From positions 3,312,061-3,376,060 of the forward strand of contig MU006089.1 in the NCBI GenBank assembly GCA_010093705.1: a stretch of 64,000 bases of DNA. The letters run 5' to 3'. The notes beneath the pieces were generated by a model that saw only the letters and a program-made list of their open reading frames with translations, had not been told where the DNA came from and made no database searches. Positions 1 to 12,682 of the stretch are shown here, one piece after another (positions within the stretch are counted from its first letter, which is position 1; the number at the start of each line of letters is the position of its first letter). Source of the DNA: Patellaria atrata CBS 101060. Taxonomy: Eukaryota. Made by a program: the position numbers and the translations under genes.

Positions 1-1729
1 CCCTCATACGCTCCGCGACGCTCCCCTGGCGCGCCACCTCCTCATAGCTCGGAATAGGTGGCTCATCCGGGCCCGGTGTCCTCGTCCTCTGCCTCTCGAC
101 ATCCCTCTCCCTATCCTCGTCCACAGAGTCCCGATGGAAGCGCAGGAGTCTTTCCCTCTCCGGCGTGCCGTCCGGGGACTCGTACTCAGGCGGGGGAACA
201 TTGAGGCTTTCGAACTGGACGCCCAAACCCGGCGGTTGACGCTGGTGTGAGGGTGACAGCGAGTGTGTCCGAGGCGGATAGTGTTGCTGCAAGCCGGGAT
301 GCGGTTCCACAACGGCGCTAGTGCCCTCGCCGACGTCGATGACAGACTCCTCTGTATCGACGAGAGAGAGTTGCGCGAGCGAGATGTCGGTCGGGCTCCT
401 CTGCGGGCCGGGGGATGTGGGTTGGTTCCTCCCGGTGCGCATCTGGGCGCTGGCGCTCCTCCCGTGGTTGGGCTGCCAGCCTTGCGGGAAGTAGCTTGTA
501 AAGCCTGCGCCTTCTCTTATGCCTTCGCGGCCGCCTTCGAGGAGGATGCTTCCTTGTTCGCTGCCGTAGGGGGGTGGTGGTGCGAGGGAGCCGGTCATAG
601 GTGCCAGGCCCCACTTCTTGACGTTCGCTTCGATGAAGACGAAACCCATTTGGCCGAAGTTGACGTGGACTTGGCAAGGACCGTTGGCGCCGACGGTGGG
701 GAAGAGGTTCTGGGTTTTCAGACCGTGGGCGACGTCTTCGAGTTTCTTACCGTTGCGGGTGAAGAAGACGGTTCCGGTTCGCGGTCGGTAACCTACACCG
801 ATAACGTCACCTTGAACGAACGCGGGTCCATAGGGAGTGGAATAGAATGGTTGATTATATCGGCGAGCGCCGTGGGATGTGTATGCGACGGAAGTCTTAT
901 GCCAGCCTGTATTGAAAGTCAGATATCGTTCCCACGTGCTATCGGATGGTCCTCGATTGTGGAAACTTACCAGGTAATCGAAATAGGGGGTACGGTTTCG
1001 TTGACATTCCTATTGATATCATAGTCGATTCCGGCTTCTCGTATATCTTGGCTTCCCAGTAATAGACTTCATTTTGCTTTGGTACCGGTAGATTACTCTG
1101 AACACTGCATTCCGAATCAAAGAATTCTATTTCTGTTCTTCCCTCGACGAAGCAATTCGCAATCTCCAACTCGGGCTCGAACTCCCAAGCTGAAACGCCC
1201 TTCTCTTGTATCGCTAAGAACTGTGATAAGGATATATCTGTCGGTGCGGACTCCGGGGGATTTGCTTGTATAAATGCTATATCGCGTTAGTAATCCATGT
1301 TTAATCAGAGTAACGTATGCCAAGTCCACATATGTGTAGCTGTATGTGCCTACCTTTCGCCCTCAAATATTCCGCCTTTGACATTTCATCCATCTCCTCC
1401 AACGCCTCCGCCTCCTCTTTCGCAAACTGCTGCTCATCATCATATTCCCCAGGTCTCCCAATACTATCCAAAAATATGCGCCCGGGTCGTGTGCATCGGA
1501 AGAACCAAACGAGCGCGAATATTAGGACTACGATGCCCGCGGACCCAAACGCCGATAACATGCCAATCAGTATCCCTCTCCCCGTCCCACCCATATCAAC
1601 CTGTGATATCCTCATTTTATCTGCCGCTGCCAAATTCTGCTGGATGATTATTCTTCTCGCGGTCTGTTGTGGCGATAACGTTGATATGGTGGACAGAGTG
1701 GTTGGGAGGATGACGGCTTGCCGTCCCAT
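1..1729 (-). CDS. SSH4: SSH4-like SPRY-domain single-pass membrane protein (Rsp5 adaptor); 3' end runs off the window
   Basis: TM segment GILIGMLSAFGSAGIVVLIFALVWFF. Splicing introns 1277-1353 and 907-970 joins ...AEYLRAK-AFIQANPP...WEFEPELEIANCFVEGRTEIEFFD...PYPLFRLPG-WHKTSVAY...GDVIGVGY...NFGQMGFVFIEANVKKWGLAP. PY-type motifs PPPPY and PPEY follow. No stop before position 1. Start is ATG 1729 or 1615. Confidence 0.88.
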
Positions 1730-1878
1730 GGTGTGTAGCTCCTTCCACCTCCGCAAACGTCGAGTTGGTGATCTATCTTCCTGTCGGGTTCTAGTATTGT
1801 GTTGAATCGAGGTCGGAAAGAGGTTTGGTTTCGTTGCTCCGAGTGCTTTGGTGCGGTGTTTCTGTTGTTCGCCGAGGG

Positions 1879-1978
1879 NNNNNNNNNNNNNNNNNNNNNN
1901 NNNNNNNNNNNNNNNNNNNNNNNNNNNNNNNNNNNNNNNNNNNNNNNNNNNNNNNNNNNNNNNNNNNNNNNNNNNNNN
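1879..1978. other. Assembly gap (100 N)
   Basis: Run of exactly 100 N, probably a placeholder of unknown true size. Confidence 0.99.
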
Positions 1979-2798
1979 GGGTGGTGTTAGGTGACGTTTA
2001 GGGCTTGTAGATCCGGATGCGTGAGCTTGGAGGGAGATGTGCTGGGTTGACAACGCTTCAGACAAGCTCTTTCCCTTCAATTCGTTATACAGCGGGCAGT
2101 TGAAATGATAATGTTATTGTTGCTGTGGTAGTGCAGTGAGGTCAGTAGTGTCGTTGTACAAGTGTAGGTCCGGTGTGAAGATGTATGAGGTGGTGTAGTT
2201 GTGATGATAAGGTCGGGTTGTTCTATGTGTTTCGGTTGTATGATACCTCACTTCTCGTCTGACTACTGAAACCCGCTGTGTGGCAAATTATGTCCACTCA
2301 CTACACCTTGGCAAAGCTCTGAATTTAATGGAAATGATTCTACTGTTCTTTCAAAACCTAGGTACGGATTCTATTGTATCACCAGAGCAAACACGACCAA
2401 TCACCAAGTCACCTGCTGTCACTACCATATCGAAAACAGGTGCGTCGGGAAGATGCTGCAACTTGAATATGATTATGTCTCTATACCGGAACGGTCTCAA
2501 AAGGACCCTACACGAATTACTTTCCAGTGATTCGAACTGTCGTACTGTACAGCTACCGTCTGGAGTCGAGGCTCATTTCTGCCCAATCAAAATTTGCACA
2601 GGACATTGGGGAATTATAGCCGCTTGGGTGTCAGGGAAGCTAGAGCTGCAGTGCATTGCACTATCTACAGCAGCGGCGTAAATGAAGGATACTTGTATGC
2701 CAGTTCTCCACTGCGAGGGTAAGACTTTCGAGGAGATGTTGTGGGTTTATTCGGGAGCACGAGAGCATATTCAATGGTCTCACATGATTCCCATAACC

Positions 2799-4088
2799 TC
2801 AAATGTCCATTTCATCGACAGCAGCACCTTTCTTATTGCGTTCTTTGATCCTAGCCTTTGTCTTGTCCTTCGCATCCGCGATCCACTTCTCATATGCCCC
2901 ATTGCCCTCGGTCAGTTTCGCAGCGACAACTCCTTTCATAAGCTCTCCCACAAAGTTGACAAAGTTATGCTTCCGCAGCTCATTTTCCCATAGCCATCCC
3001 GCTCTCTTCTTCTCTTCCCTTTCCAACCATTCCTCGTCACCAATCTCCCTTGCCCTAATCCTCAGGTCTTTTACCATTGCCAATAGATTGAACCTGATTT
3101 CATGCGCGGGATAGCGTTCGATACGGCGCTGAAGAACTGGTATGACCATGTCAGGAAACTCTTCGAAGGTACACGGACCGTGCGTGATTGGGGCGGGTTG
3201 TAGGCCGTCTAGCTCGTACAGGACGCCATTGATGGGGGTGTAGGCGATGAAGTGGTAAACATCATCGTCCTCGGTCGCAGTTCGCTGAGTCTCGTCGATG
3301 AAAGGCGATGAGCGGGCAAAGGAGTTGTGGGCTTCACGGATGAGATCTGAATTGGATAAAGCGTCGCCCCGGAACTATCCGCAGATACAATTGTCAGTAC
3401 ATGCTTCTGGATTCGATTCTCTCCTGAACCTAGGAAGCGCTTTACCGTGGGTTGAGGGGAGGAGGAGAGTTGCCTTACCTCGGCAGGAAAGCAAGTAGTG
3501 AATTCCTTGAACTCGCGTAGTTGAGGTCCAATGTCAACCTCGCCTTCCTTATTCAGAAGCACGGATAATAGGGCTTGCGTCCCGCATGCATTTTGAATTG
3601 TCTGAGCTGCAAAGAAGATGTTCTGTGCAGCCTCGTAGTCGAATCTGCCATCCTTTGGCGTCTCCGACGGTTTCTCTCCCGTGGGGTATTTGAAAAGGAA
3701 TATTACGCCATATACAGGACTGTGAAGGCGTGGTAAAACTTTCGTCAGCGAGGCTGTGTCTTCATATCGCTCAAGCGATTCCATTCCGTCCATCGGAAAT
3801 TACTTGCTGCATGGAGCAAATGGTAAAACAATGGTTTGTGCATACCTCAGCTGCCTGAGAAGGCAGGCGTCAAGCGAGATGAGCTCTTCGAACTGAACGT
3901 CTTTGCTGCCGAGACTTTGCAGAAGATATGTAAACACACCCTGGATAGATCACCCCGCGTTAGCTTCCTCATTAGAAATATCTTTAGCCTCGGCGATGAT
4001 GATGCTGATGCTGATGATGATGATGATGATGCTGCGAGGGTAATGCACTAACCGCGTCAGATTCGATGGTGTTCCATCCTCCGGACAT
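2799..4088 (-). CDS. UCH37: Ubiquitin C-terminal hydrolase UCH37/UCHL5 (peptidase C12), 4 exons
   Basis: Begins MSGGWNTIESDAG (ATG 4088). Catalytic regions QTIQNACGTQA (Cys), YHFIAY (His) and LYELDGL. C-terminal ULD WLWENELRKHNFVNFVGEL. Three GT-AG introns. Confidence 0.93.
3995..4034. repeat. (GAT/GCT)n microsatellite in UCH37 intron 1
   Basis: gatgatgatgctgatgctgatgatgatgatgatgatgctg. Confidence 0.9.
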
Positions 4089-5882
4089 GTTTCTGTAAAA
4101 CAAATCACAAGATCAATATCGGACTGGGATGGGAGGATGAGGCAGAGAGCAAGGCGAAAATCCAAAGGTAGGCTGCACACGTTCCTCTCAAAAAATGATC
4201 GGTTCGCCGTTGTTCTCGGATCGGAGTGTGCTTTCGAAAAGGTGCGAACCGCAGACCGAATGGTTCGCTTGCCACTTGACAAGTTAGAACTAACCTGTTC
4301 CGCGGCTTCCGCGTTTTCCGCTAGACCTTAGGATTCTCTTGGCGATCGTTCCGCATCTCTGCCGCATTTCGGCCTGCTGGGTTGAGGTCATCTCATCACC
4401 CTCACCTCCACTTACTGAGCGGGATTCTCATCCTAGACGACTTTTTGGCGAGTTGAAAGATTGTTCAAATACTGTACAGTAGTAGCAATCCTCCCGTCGC
4501 ATGAAACACAGCAAAGAATGCCCTACTTGAAGACTAAATAGAAAGGTAGTAATGAGGTAGTCGAGAAACGGGCTAGTTCCATACTGTAGAGTGAGGTATG
4601 GGTTGAAAGACTTGAGGGCTCTGGTCAGGAACAGGCAGAGATGATCGCAACCTGCGATACCCAAGTAGTTCACCAGTTTCACCCACAACAACAGGCCCGA
4701 CGGCCATCATCTTGAACCATTGATGTTCAGGGCAGACTTTTGATGAGACGGTAAGGAACGCCAGCAGTCCCAAGTACTGCAAGCTGGGGACAAGGTCATA
4801 CGGTTACCAGTAGTCGCTCAGAACCGCTCAGGACATGAATAACCACATGGCACATGCAAAGCATACAAGGCCAGTAGGATCTGAAAGTGTGTGGTGGACG
4901 AGTTGTGGTACTGTAGATGAAAGAGAAGAAAAAATAGAGCCATCATACAGGAACCGTACACCGTCTACCTTGGAAACGGAAATGTTATACTGCGGCTGAA
5001 AGTGGTCGCTTCAACTTCCTTTGACCGCCCGGGAAAAAAAAAAAAAAAGTTTTCGTCTCACAGGACTTCGATTAATCCAAACTACTGCAGTGATGCAAGG
5101 CAAAGTTACGGGCACTGACGCTATTATAAACAAAACATCGATCAAATGTTTCTAACTAGAGGGTGCTGTTCCACACGCAGATTTTCGCGCTGCAACGCTA
5201 CAAAGCCACCATGACGCCGGAATATGCAAGTCGCTGAATTGTGCACCTGAGTTTCTTCCATACCCTGCCGCCCGATTTTTCCAGAAAAACTTTCGAAAAT
5301 CCCATGTACGCCCCCTGCGATGTTGGAGAAGGAGCGTCTTTGCCGGTCAGCTGGGAAAAAGCAAATATTGGAAAAATAAAAACGCCATTCTTATAGCAAA
5401 CAAAACCCCACAAGCTAAATAAACTATGATGACAGTAAACAAACAGACGCCAAGAGGGGAATTACCGTATGATGTATAAAGTAAGATGACAAACTCGAAA
5501 GATGCGCGCTGGGATATTACAAAATAATAAAATTCGTACCGTATCGGTCGTTAAATGGAATTCGTAAGGAGAGACGATGAAAATTAGGCGGAAATTCGTT
5601 TCAAAATGAGATTCGTCACATCATAACAAAGCAAGAGCATAGTAACCGCAGCTCTTGCGCATTAGAGTGCATGGGATAAAGGATGCGAAGGATGAGGTTC
5701 GGATGCTCATGAAATCGGATGTGTGCGTGCACGGGCGCGGAGAAAGCCATGCAGCGTCTTAATTGCTTCCAAGGCGGTCTTTGCCTTTGCTATCAGGGTC
5801 GTGGAGGTGGAACTGGGTGGACTGCTGTTGCTGTTGCTGCTGTAGAGACTGGAGCCTGGACACAATTTTCTTCAGCCTCTTT

Positions 5883-7774
5883 CTATGTCCAGATGGTCGG
5901 GGTGGCCACGAACCCGCCCGAGAACCCGAACGCCATCCCATGCCCGTACATCTGCTCCTCCTGTGCATAACCCAGTGCCGGTATCGATGGCGAAGTGAGC
6001 GGTGTAGAGTAGGCGCTGACTTGGAATGCATCTATAGTCGAATAAGGCACCTCAAGATACGGAGATCTTTGTCCGGAAACCATGTTTGTACTTGGTGTCA
6101 GCTGCAACGGTGAAGGGGCAAATGCTGGACTTAGACTCGGCCCGTAGTTGTAATCTTGCATCGGAAGACTGCTGAAATCAATGTTGATGGAGTCCAGGCC
6201 GTATGGTGCTTGTGGAATAGCCGGTATGCTCTGTATTTGTTGTACTGACCACTCCTTGCGACTTCGGAAATTGATTGCGGATTCGCGTGGGAATTCCATG
6301 AGCATAATAGATGCCGGATTGGATTGACCGAAGCCAGCGGTAGCTTGTAGAGAACTATCAAGGATGTTGATTACTTCCTCTAGCGGTGTGAGCGCTACGT
6401 TTGCGCAGAAAGCAGTTCCAACATCTGGGAACAGGGGCTCCAATGCAAGTGCAACAGCGTAGAAGTGAGCGAGGACGATGAGTACATTGATGTCGTTTCT
6501 GGAAGATGAGAGTAAGGAGATTGGTACCCAGAACAACCATTTGCGAAGAGGATAGAGTTGGTTGAATTGTTCCATGGAAGTCTGTGGTGGGTTAGAACTT
6601 CTCAGGCGTTCCACATAAGACTTCAACTGTTCCAACCATCGACCTTCTTGACCTTGATTGGAAACATAAGGTTTCAGACGCTGGATCGCTTCAAGCACAT
6701 GCTGAAGAGTATTCTGGTGCTCCCGATGAGTTTCAGGAGTGGTAGGGTGACTGTTGACGTTGGTAAAGTTCTGAGTTGGGATTGCCGCGTGCTCCGTAAC
6801 GTATTTTGCGAAGATGGACTCATGTCGCCATTGTTGCATTGCAGTAATAATCTAGTTCGTTATTAGCAAAGATCGAGAAGGTGAAGCTGACAATGTAGCA
6901 CTGACCGTCTTTGTTGTTGCCATCAGAGGTGCCCATGCGCGCCTATAATAGAGAGGTCGTCAGGTCAATCTTCGCTGAATAAGACGGCAAATTTGTCGGT
7001 ACTTACCAGTCCGTGGCCTGCCACGACAGAAGCATGGAAGCAGCCAGTGCAGCATCAGAATTTGCTCTAGAGAAGGATGCAATTGCATCTTGGAGTCCTT
7101 TGAAGGCCACAGAACCGTGCTGTTGGCCGAGTTGCTTCGTTTCAGGGGAAGTTGCAACCCAGGAAAGATGAGAAGCAGAAAACGCGAGAAGAGCATGCAT
7201 AACAAAAGGATGTGAAGCTGCCAAACTTAAAAACCTGTGTGCTGTTAGTAAGTTCCCTGCGCAGGATTACGAGAGGTAGACAGCTCGTATTCGGGAGGGG
7301 CTTACTTCGGTAAGCAGTCAGTCCAGATCGTAAGTCTTGAAGTTTTACTTCTGATCATTCCATTGGATATGGAAGCCAGATTATGGATTAAACGAAGGTC
7401 GGTTTTCTGATAAGACTGCCAGTGAGGTTGTGGATAAACCACCAACTCAGGAAAGGGGAATTCTCCTGTTTGCTGCCAGCGATCAATAGACCTCTCGATC
7501 TCAGGGGTCCACAAAAGATTGGCGGACTGTGACCCTTTCGGGCTGTCTGGTGCGGCTGCTGTTGGGTTATCCATATAATCGCAACGGACTTGATGCTTTG
7601 TGCAGTTTCGACTTCAAATTGTTAGTATCGTCGTATATACTGAGATTCGACAAGACTATGGTACCATTGAGGGAATGTCTCATCACAACGAATGTGTCTT
7701 TTCTTGCAAGTCTTGCAACCCTTTCGGGATTTGGTGTGGCTACGCCTTGAAGGACCACCACCTGGACCAGCCAT
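5883..7774 (-). CDS. Zn(II)2Cys6 transcription factor, Upc2/Ecm22 (sterol-uptake-control)-like, multi-exon
   Basis: ATG 7774 gives MAGPGGGPSRRSHTKSRKGCKTCKKRHIRCDETFPQC; intron 7612-7664 joins it to RNCTKHQVRC, completing the six-Cys cluster. Downstream HPFVMHALLAFSASHL...NSDAALAASMLLSWQ is the fungal-specific TF domain typical of Upc2-like proteins. Stop TAG at 5883. Confidence 0.88.
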
Positions 7775-8597
7775 TTGGACAAGTGAAAGGATAACTTCTC
7801 GAGTGGTGGAAGGTGGAGATGGTGTAACAGTCAGAGTTCGTCGTTAGATCACAGCAACCAGATAATCAGTTAGGGGTGGGCTTTCTGTAAAGTGAAGTGA
7901 GTATGTCGATCACAGACTGTGCTTGCGGCTCGGAGGGAGTTGATATATGAATCTGGGCGCAAATGTAATATGGACGACGGGTGCTAGGGTGCTTAGTCAA
8001 GGCTGATGGATAAAAGCGAGAGTGATAGTAATGATATATAGACAAGATGAAGTGCCCAGCAATAACGATTGTATATCTAAGTAAGGCTGATAGAGGCGGA
8101 TGGCCCGTGGAATTGTTATTTCTTGTGGCTACCGCCAGCTAAACAGCCAGACCGTTGAATTAACGAGTGTCACGGTGTGAAAAAATAAAGCGAATGTGGT
8201 GTAGTTTCCCTGCAAAAGCATGCAAAGCTGCAAGAGGCTGATGAGTCTTTAAGACTCTGTGAGAGTCTCCTACTCACGGTCCCTTTGGTGAGTAGCTTTA
8301 GCTTGGTGACAGTAGCAGTGAAAGAAGCGGGCCAAGGGTGCGGCTGCAGTGGAGAGACATACCGGAAATAGAACCCAGCTATTACCTAAATTGCCTAGTC
8401 GGGTCGTGGAGGGAAAATGTTCGGAAGCTTGAGCACATCAGGAAGCGAATGAAGCGAAAGAAGCGTGGAATGGCAGGGTTACTACATTTGCATATTGGCT
8501 CGTATGACATAGCCGCAGTGTAACTTTCGTTCCTAAACTCTTTCCACTTGAATACACTTACTTATTCATCATCATTGGCTGATGATTTATATAGGTA

Positions 8598-8752
8598 CCT
8601 AAGTTGATATATCGTCGGTCATGAGGGTTTACACCACAAGTTCATGTATCGTGGATTGAAGGTTTATGTCTAGATTAGTATATCCGCTGACTGAGAGTTC
8701 ATACCTGATAATTTCATGTATCGGCGACTGAGGGTTTATGATGTAGGGTTCT
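8598..8752. repeat. Degenerate tandem repeat, about 4 units of 34-38 bp
   Basis: Units start at about 8604, 8641, 8675 and 8713; compare ttcatgtatcgtggattgaaggtttatg with ttcatgtatcggcgactgagggtttatg. Confidence 0.65.
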
Positions 8753-11700
8753 AAACCTACTATCACATTCCCTCACTCTTCCCGTTGAAGGGGTCAAGCT
8801 CTTCCCAGGCCCATGGTCCGTCCGCTTATAATCTTCTGCCATGCATCATCTGTTTACAGGCATTCAGAGAACCCCCTCTTTACTGGTTTGCTACCTGCGT
8901 CTACTGTTAACCCAAGCATATCCAGACGGATCTGTAGATCGCCGCTTCTCTTCGACTTGCAGCATTTGCATTTGCATTTGCATGTAGCATTAGTACAGTA
9001 TACCCATTCGTCCTCGCCTAGCAACAATCAATAATCGAAAACCCCGTATCGAGCGGAGGCTATTGATCGCCGTTCACCCCACTAAAGACTACAATAATGA
9101 AGCTGAAACGCATATAGCGGGTGAATTTTTGCTAACCGTGTAGATAAAGCCTTTTCGTGGCTTAACCTCTCCTCAACCTCAGGTAATGCCTTCGACGATG
9201 CACTGTAATGTACAGTACCCGTCCGTCCCCTTGACCGAGTCTGGTATCTTTAGACGTCTTTTGTCTCGCCCTGACATGCCGGGGACGTGCTTCTTTGCAG
9301 GAAGACAGACCGCCACTACACTTTAATGCTCTGTTTGGGACGGAATGACGAGGGGTTTCCATTCGTCATTAGGGTTGACAAACATGCAGCACGAGACATC
9401 TGAATCGGCGGGCTCTATGCCTAAGCTTTCGGAGATCCGGTTGCGGCAAAGGTCAGTATTATTGGTCTTAACGGTACGTACTATATACCGCCTCCGTTTA
9501 ATTTGAGAGGTAACAAAAGAAGGCTCAAGGAGGTATCATCCTTCCTCCCACCTCACAGCCCGTTCTTTGACCCCCATTAGGAGATTAGGGAACGTCAGAG
9601 AGCTGAAGTAGAGGCCGGGAGACAAATGAAATTATCGGCCAAATGTAGAGCACCTGCTAGTAGAGGCAACGGAATGGCGGTGCTGAGTGGGTGACAATGG
9701 GGGGAACACGAGAGGGAAGAAACGACCAAGTAGGTCCTAGTATTAGGTTGGAAGTAAAGTAAAGGTGAAGGGGAAAAAAAAAAGGGCACGGGCTGGCGTT
9801 TGCGGAGGATCTTCTGAAGCATGTCTTTTGATTCGCACTAAAAGCTCGCTAAAGCGGGTTACAGGGATCTGGTTAGCCTCGAGGACTAAGAATAGCCTGT
9901 ACCAAAGGTGGCCCAAAGGTGTTAGGTGTAGCATCACCCAACCTTGCACCTTGCTGTCATGCTGGGCTCCTTTCTCTCATTATTATTGATTCATTCAATT
10001 CATTTTACCAATTTTGTCAAGTCACCAGACTTGCCAGTTCAATAAGTAGCGGCAGACTCTGGATCCCATCCTATTTTCCATTGTGCATCCGCTTCCATTC
10101 GCAACACGTTCCCAATGTAGGTCAACTTACATGCCTCATCACTCGCCCTTGAATCTCATTGCAGCACAGACCAAGGATGGATACGAATTCATTGACACTG
10201 CCATGATGTTTCTTGTGCTACATCTGATACCTTACTTGCTCTTTTACTTAGACATCCTCGTGGGTAGATGATCCAGTTCACAACTCATGAACAATCGGAA
10301 AAAAACCAAAAGGGACAGACAGGTTCAAAACCCCACTTTGGTCGCCGTGCGCACCGACTACCCGTGATGATCATCACTTTGTAACAGGTAGAGCAGTCAA
10401 GATTGGTAGACTGGGTCAGGCAGCACAGTCCGGGGTGCGGAAAAGGTTGTTTGAAGAGGCATGGCCTCAAGCATGCAAGCTCATGCCCACTTCTACTTCT
10501 GCCAAATGCAAGAAATCGTGTTACCGAGGGACACACACATGTGGATAACGGGAAGAGTCAACATGCTTCTAAGAAGAGTTAGGTTTACGGTGCTACTGTA
10601 ATATGATATTGTTAGCGCATTTGATAGTTCTCCCTTCTAATCATACTTGACCGCGTTGCATCACAGATCTCGGTTCGTCGCCCGCCATGTAAGGCTGACT
10701 GATGACGTCCATACTTACGTCCTTACAGTTCCCTTAGCCATCGAAACCATTACCTTAGGTAAGGTACGACTCAAAACACCGTGGTTGAAACCCGGAATGT
10801 ATGCAACTGTTTCTCGCAGCTGTGAACTAGGGCCAGTATGAAGGGAAATCATGACTGGAAATGGTTTAAGTGGAGAGGTGAGAAATGCAATAGTATCTTG
10901 ACCGATGGTGATAATCAAACGATAAAACGGTGCGGCTGCACGAGAAGGCGTTCGAGAAGGGCTTCAGTCAGACAAGGTGACAAGCAGGTGCAAGCAGGTG
11001 CAAGCGACAAGCTGGTCTCTTTATTGAAATTCCGCCGTTCATTTGTGATATTTTGTGATCAGGCTTTCGGCGGAGTCTCGTAGGCGCAGTCTCGTCATGA
11101 AGGATGAGTGGAGGTGAAAGGAAGGGTGGCAGGAAGAAGCGGTCATGCACCGTTTAACTGAAAAAGCTATTTTTGGTCTTCATCCCCTCATCCATGGGTA
11201 AACCCTTGAACCGAGGAACCTTGACGATTAAAAAGAACGATGACAGGACCATTGATGCTTGTTTCTAGAACCAGTTTGACCAGCAGAAGCGAGGCCAAGA
11301 TGTATCCTAAAGGTACAAGTATACTACAGGACGTCGGCACCATGGGGATCCATCTGCAAGGAGATTGATTGTAGTTCAAGACGATATAAGCTTGCTTTCA
11401 AAGACATATATAAATCCACCGGAGGTGTACAACTTCAAGTAATGTGTTACTACTTTATATCAGTAGCCTGGACCCCAGGTATAGTAGCAAGACGGCAGCA
11501 AGACTGCAAAAGGGTTAATAGCCTGTTCTTCTTTGGTGCTTCATCTCCAGGAATCTGCAACTGTTCTATTATATCTTGGCAGTCGTTCGTTTCAAAACCT
11601 GAAGCTTCTATTTCAACCCGGCTTCCATTCCCGAGCCATCGCCGTCTTGACTCTGTTTGCGGCTGTACACCCTGATGTGGTCATCGATCCAATGAGTTTC

Positions 11701-12682
11701 GGTAAACCGTTACATGCCACTTGTTACGCCTCCATAATTATTACGTTTTGATTTTGTACTCCACTAGGTAATCAGACGAGCCGTTTAACTTGTTGCCTCC
11801 TGTTCCAGCTCTGGTAGAAAGCACTCCGAGGGGATGTGGTGAGCGGAAGTGTTTATACTAGGCATTGCTCGATGAAACCCGAGAGAGACACGAATTTGAC
11901 CCATATTCACCGAAGTGATGAGCAACCACGGTTATGATATGTCATGGTGAGTGACCCCTGTGACTTGTGGACGTTCGCATTGCTTGAAGATGCATCGAAC
12001 AGCCAGTAAGATGCGAGAAATACAATCTCAAATAGCCCATGCTTCGTCAATAAGCTTGGGGTTGCATCACCTCTGTGGACGGAAAGGGTATTTATAGATG
12101 GCCGAATAAACCCCCCGGCAATACTTGCTTACATCTGGGCCGACCTTTTCATTAAAGAACAAAAATATTGCTGCCAGATTGAAGTTTTAAAGAGTGCGGA
12201 GTGCGAAGCGAACGGTAGGATATGCATGGAGCAAATTTTTAATTTCTGTTGACGACTCCGTTCTCAAACATCCGCCATCGCCAGTATGCTTGCCGCACGA
12301 AGAAACGCCCTCAATTGCTATAGTAACAATCAATAGTAAAATAACGTAGTAAGAGCAACTACCTACGAGTGTTTGACAACACGAAGAAGCTGAACGCCTA
12401 GCAATGTATGCATGTGAAGCATCTCGAAATAGAAAAACGCTAAGCACAAAGTTGAGCAGATTGACAACTGAAAACGTGTCAGAGACTGATGTATACGGGA
12501 AGATCAAACGCTCAAGATTTCTATATGCCAAACTAGTCAGTGACGTGCAAGTTACTGTACGCATAATGCTTGCAGAACGGCACTGATACCCCCATAGCCC
12601 AACCCTTATCATGACATCGTAGTCTCATGCCCCACTCACGATGAACCCTTGCGCCGTAAGACCTAGAGTCAAAAATAGATAT

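Noticed and set aside
263..1024. 253-aa plus-strand ORF
   Set aside because: Antisense shadow of the GC-rich SSH4 coding exon; no independent motifs.
1301..2080. 259-aa ORF spanning the N run
   Set aside because: Artefact of reading through the assembly gap; only the part from 1729 down is SSH4 exon 1.
5759..6031. Alternative-frame ORF with poly-Gln overlapping the TF stop codon
   Set aside because: Explained by a CAG/CAA microsatellite in the 3' UTR; no splice or frameshift signal supports it.
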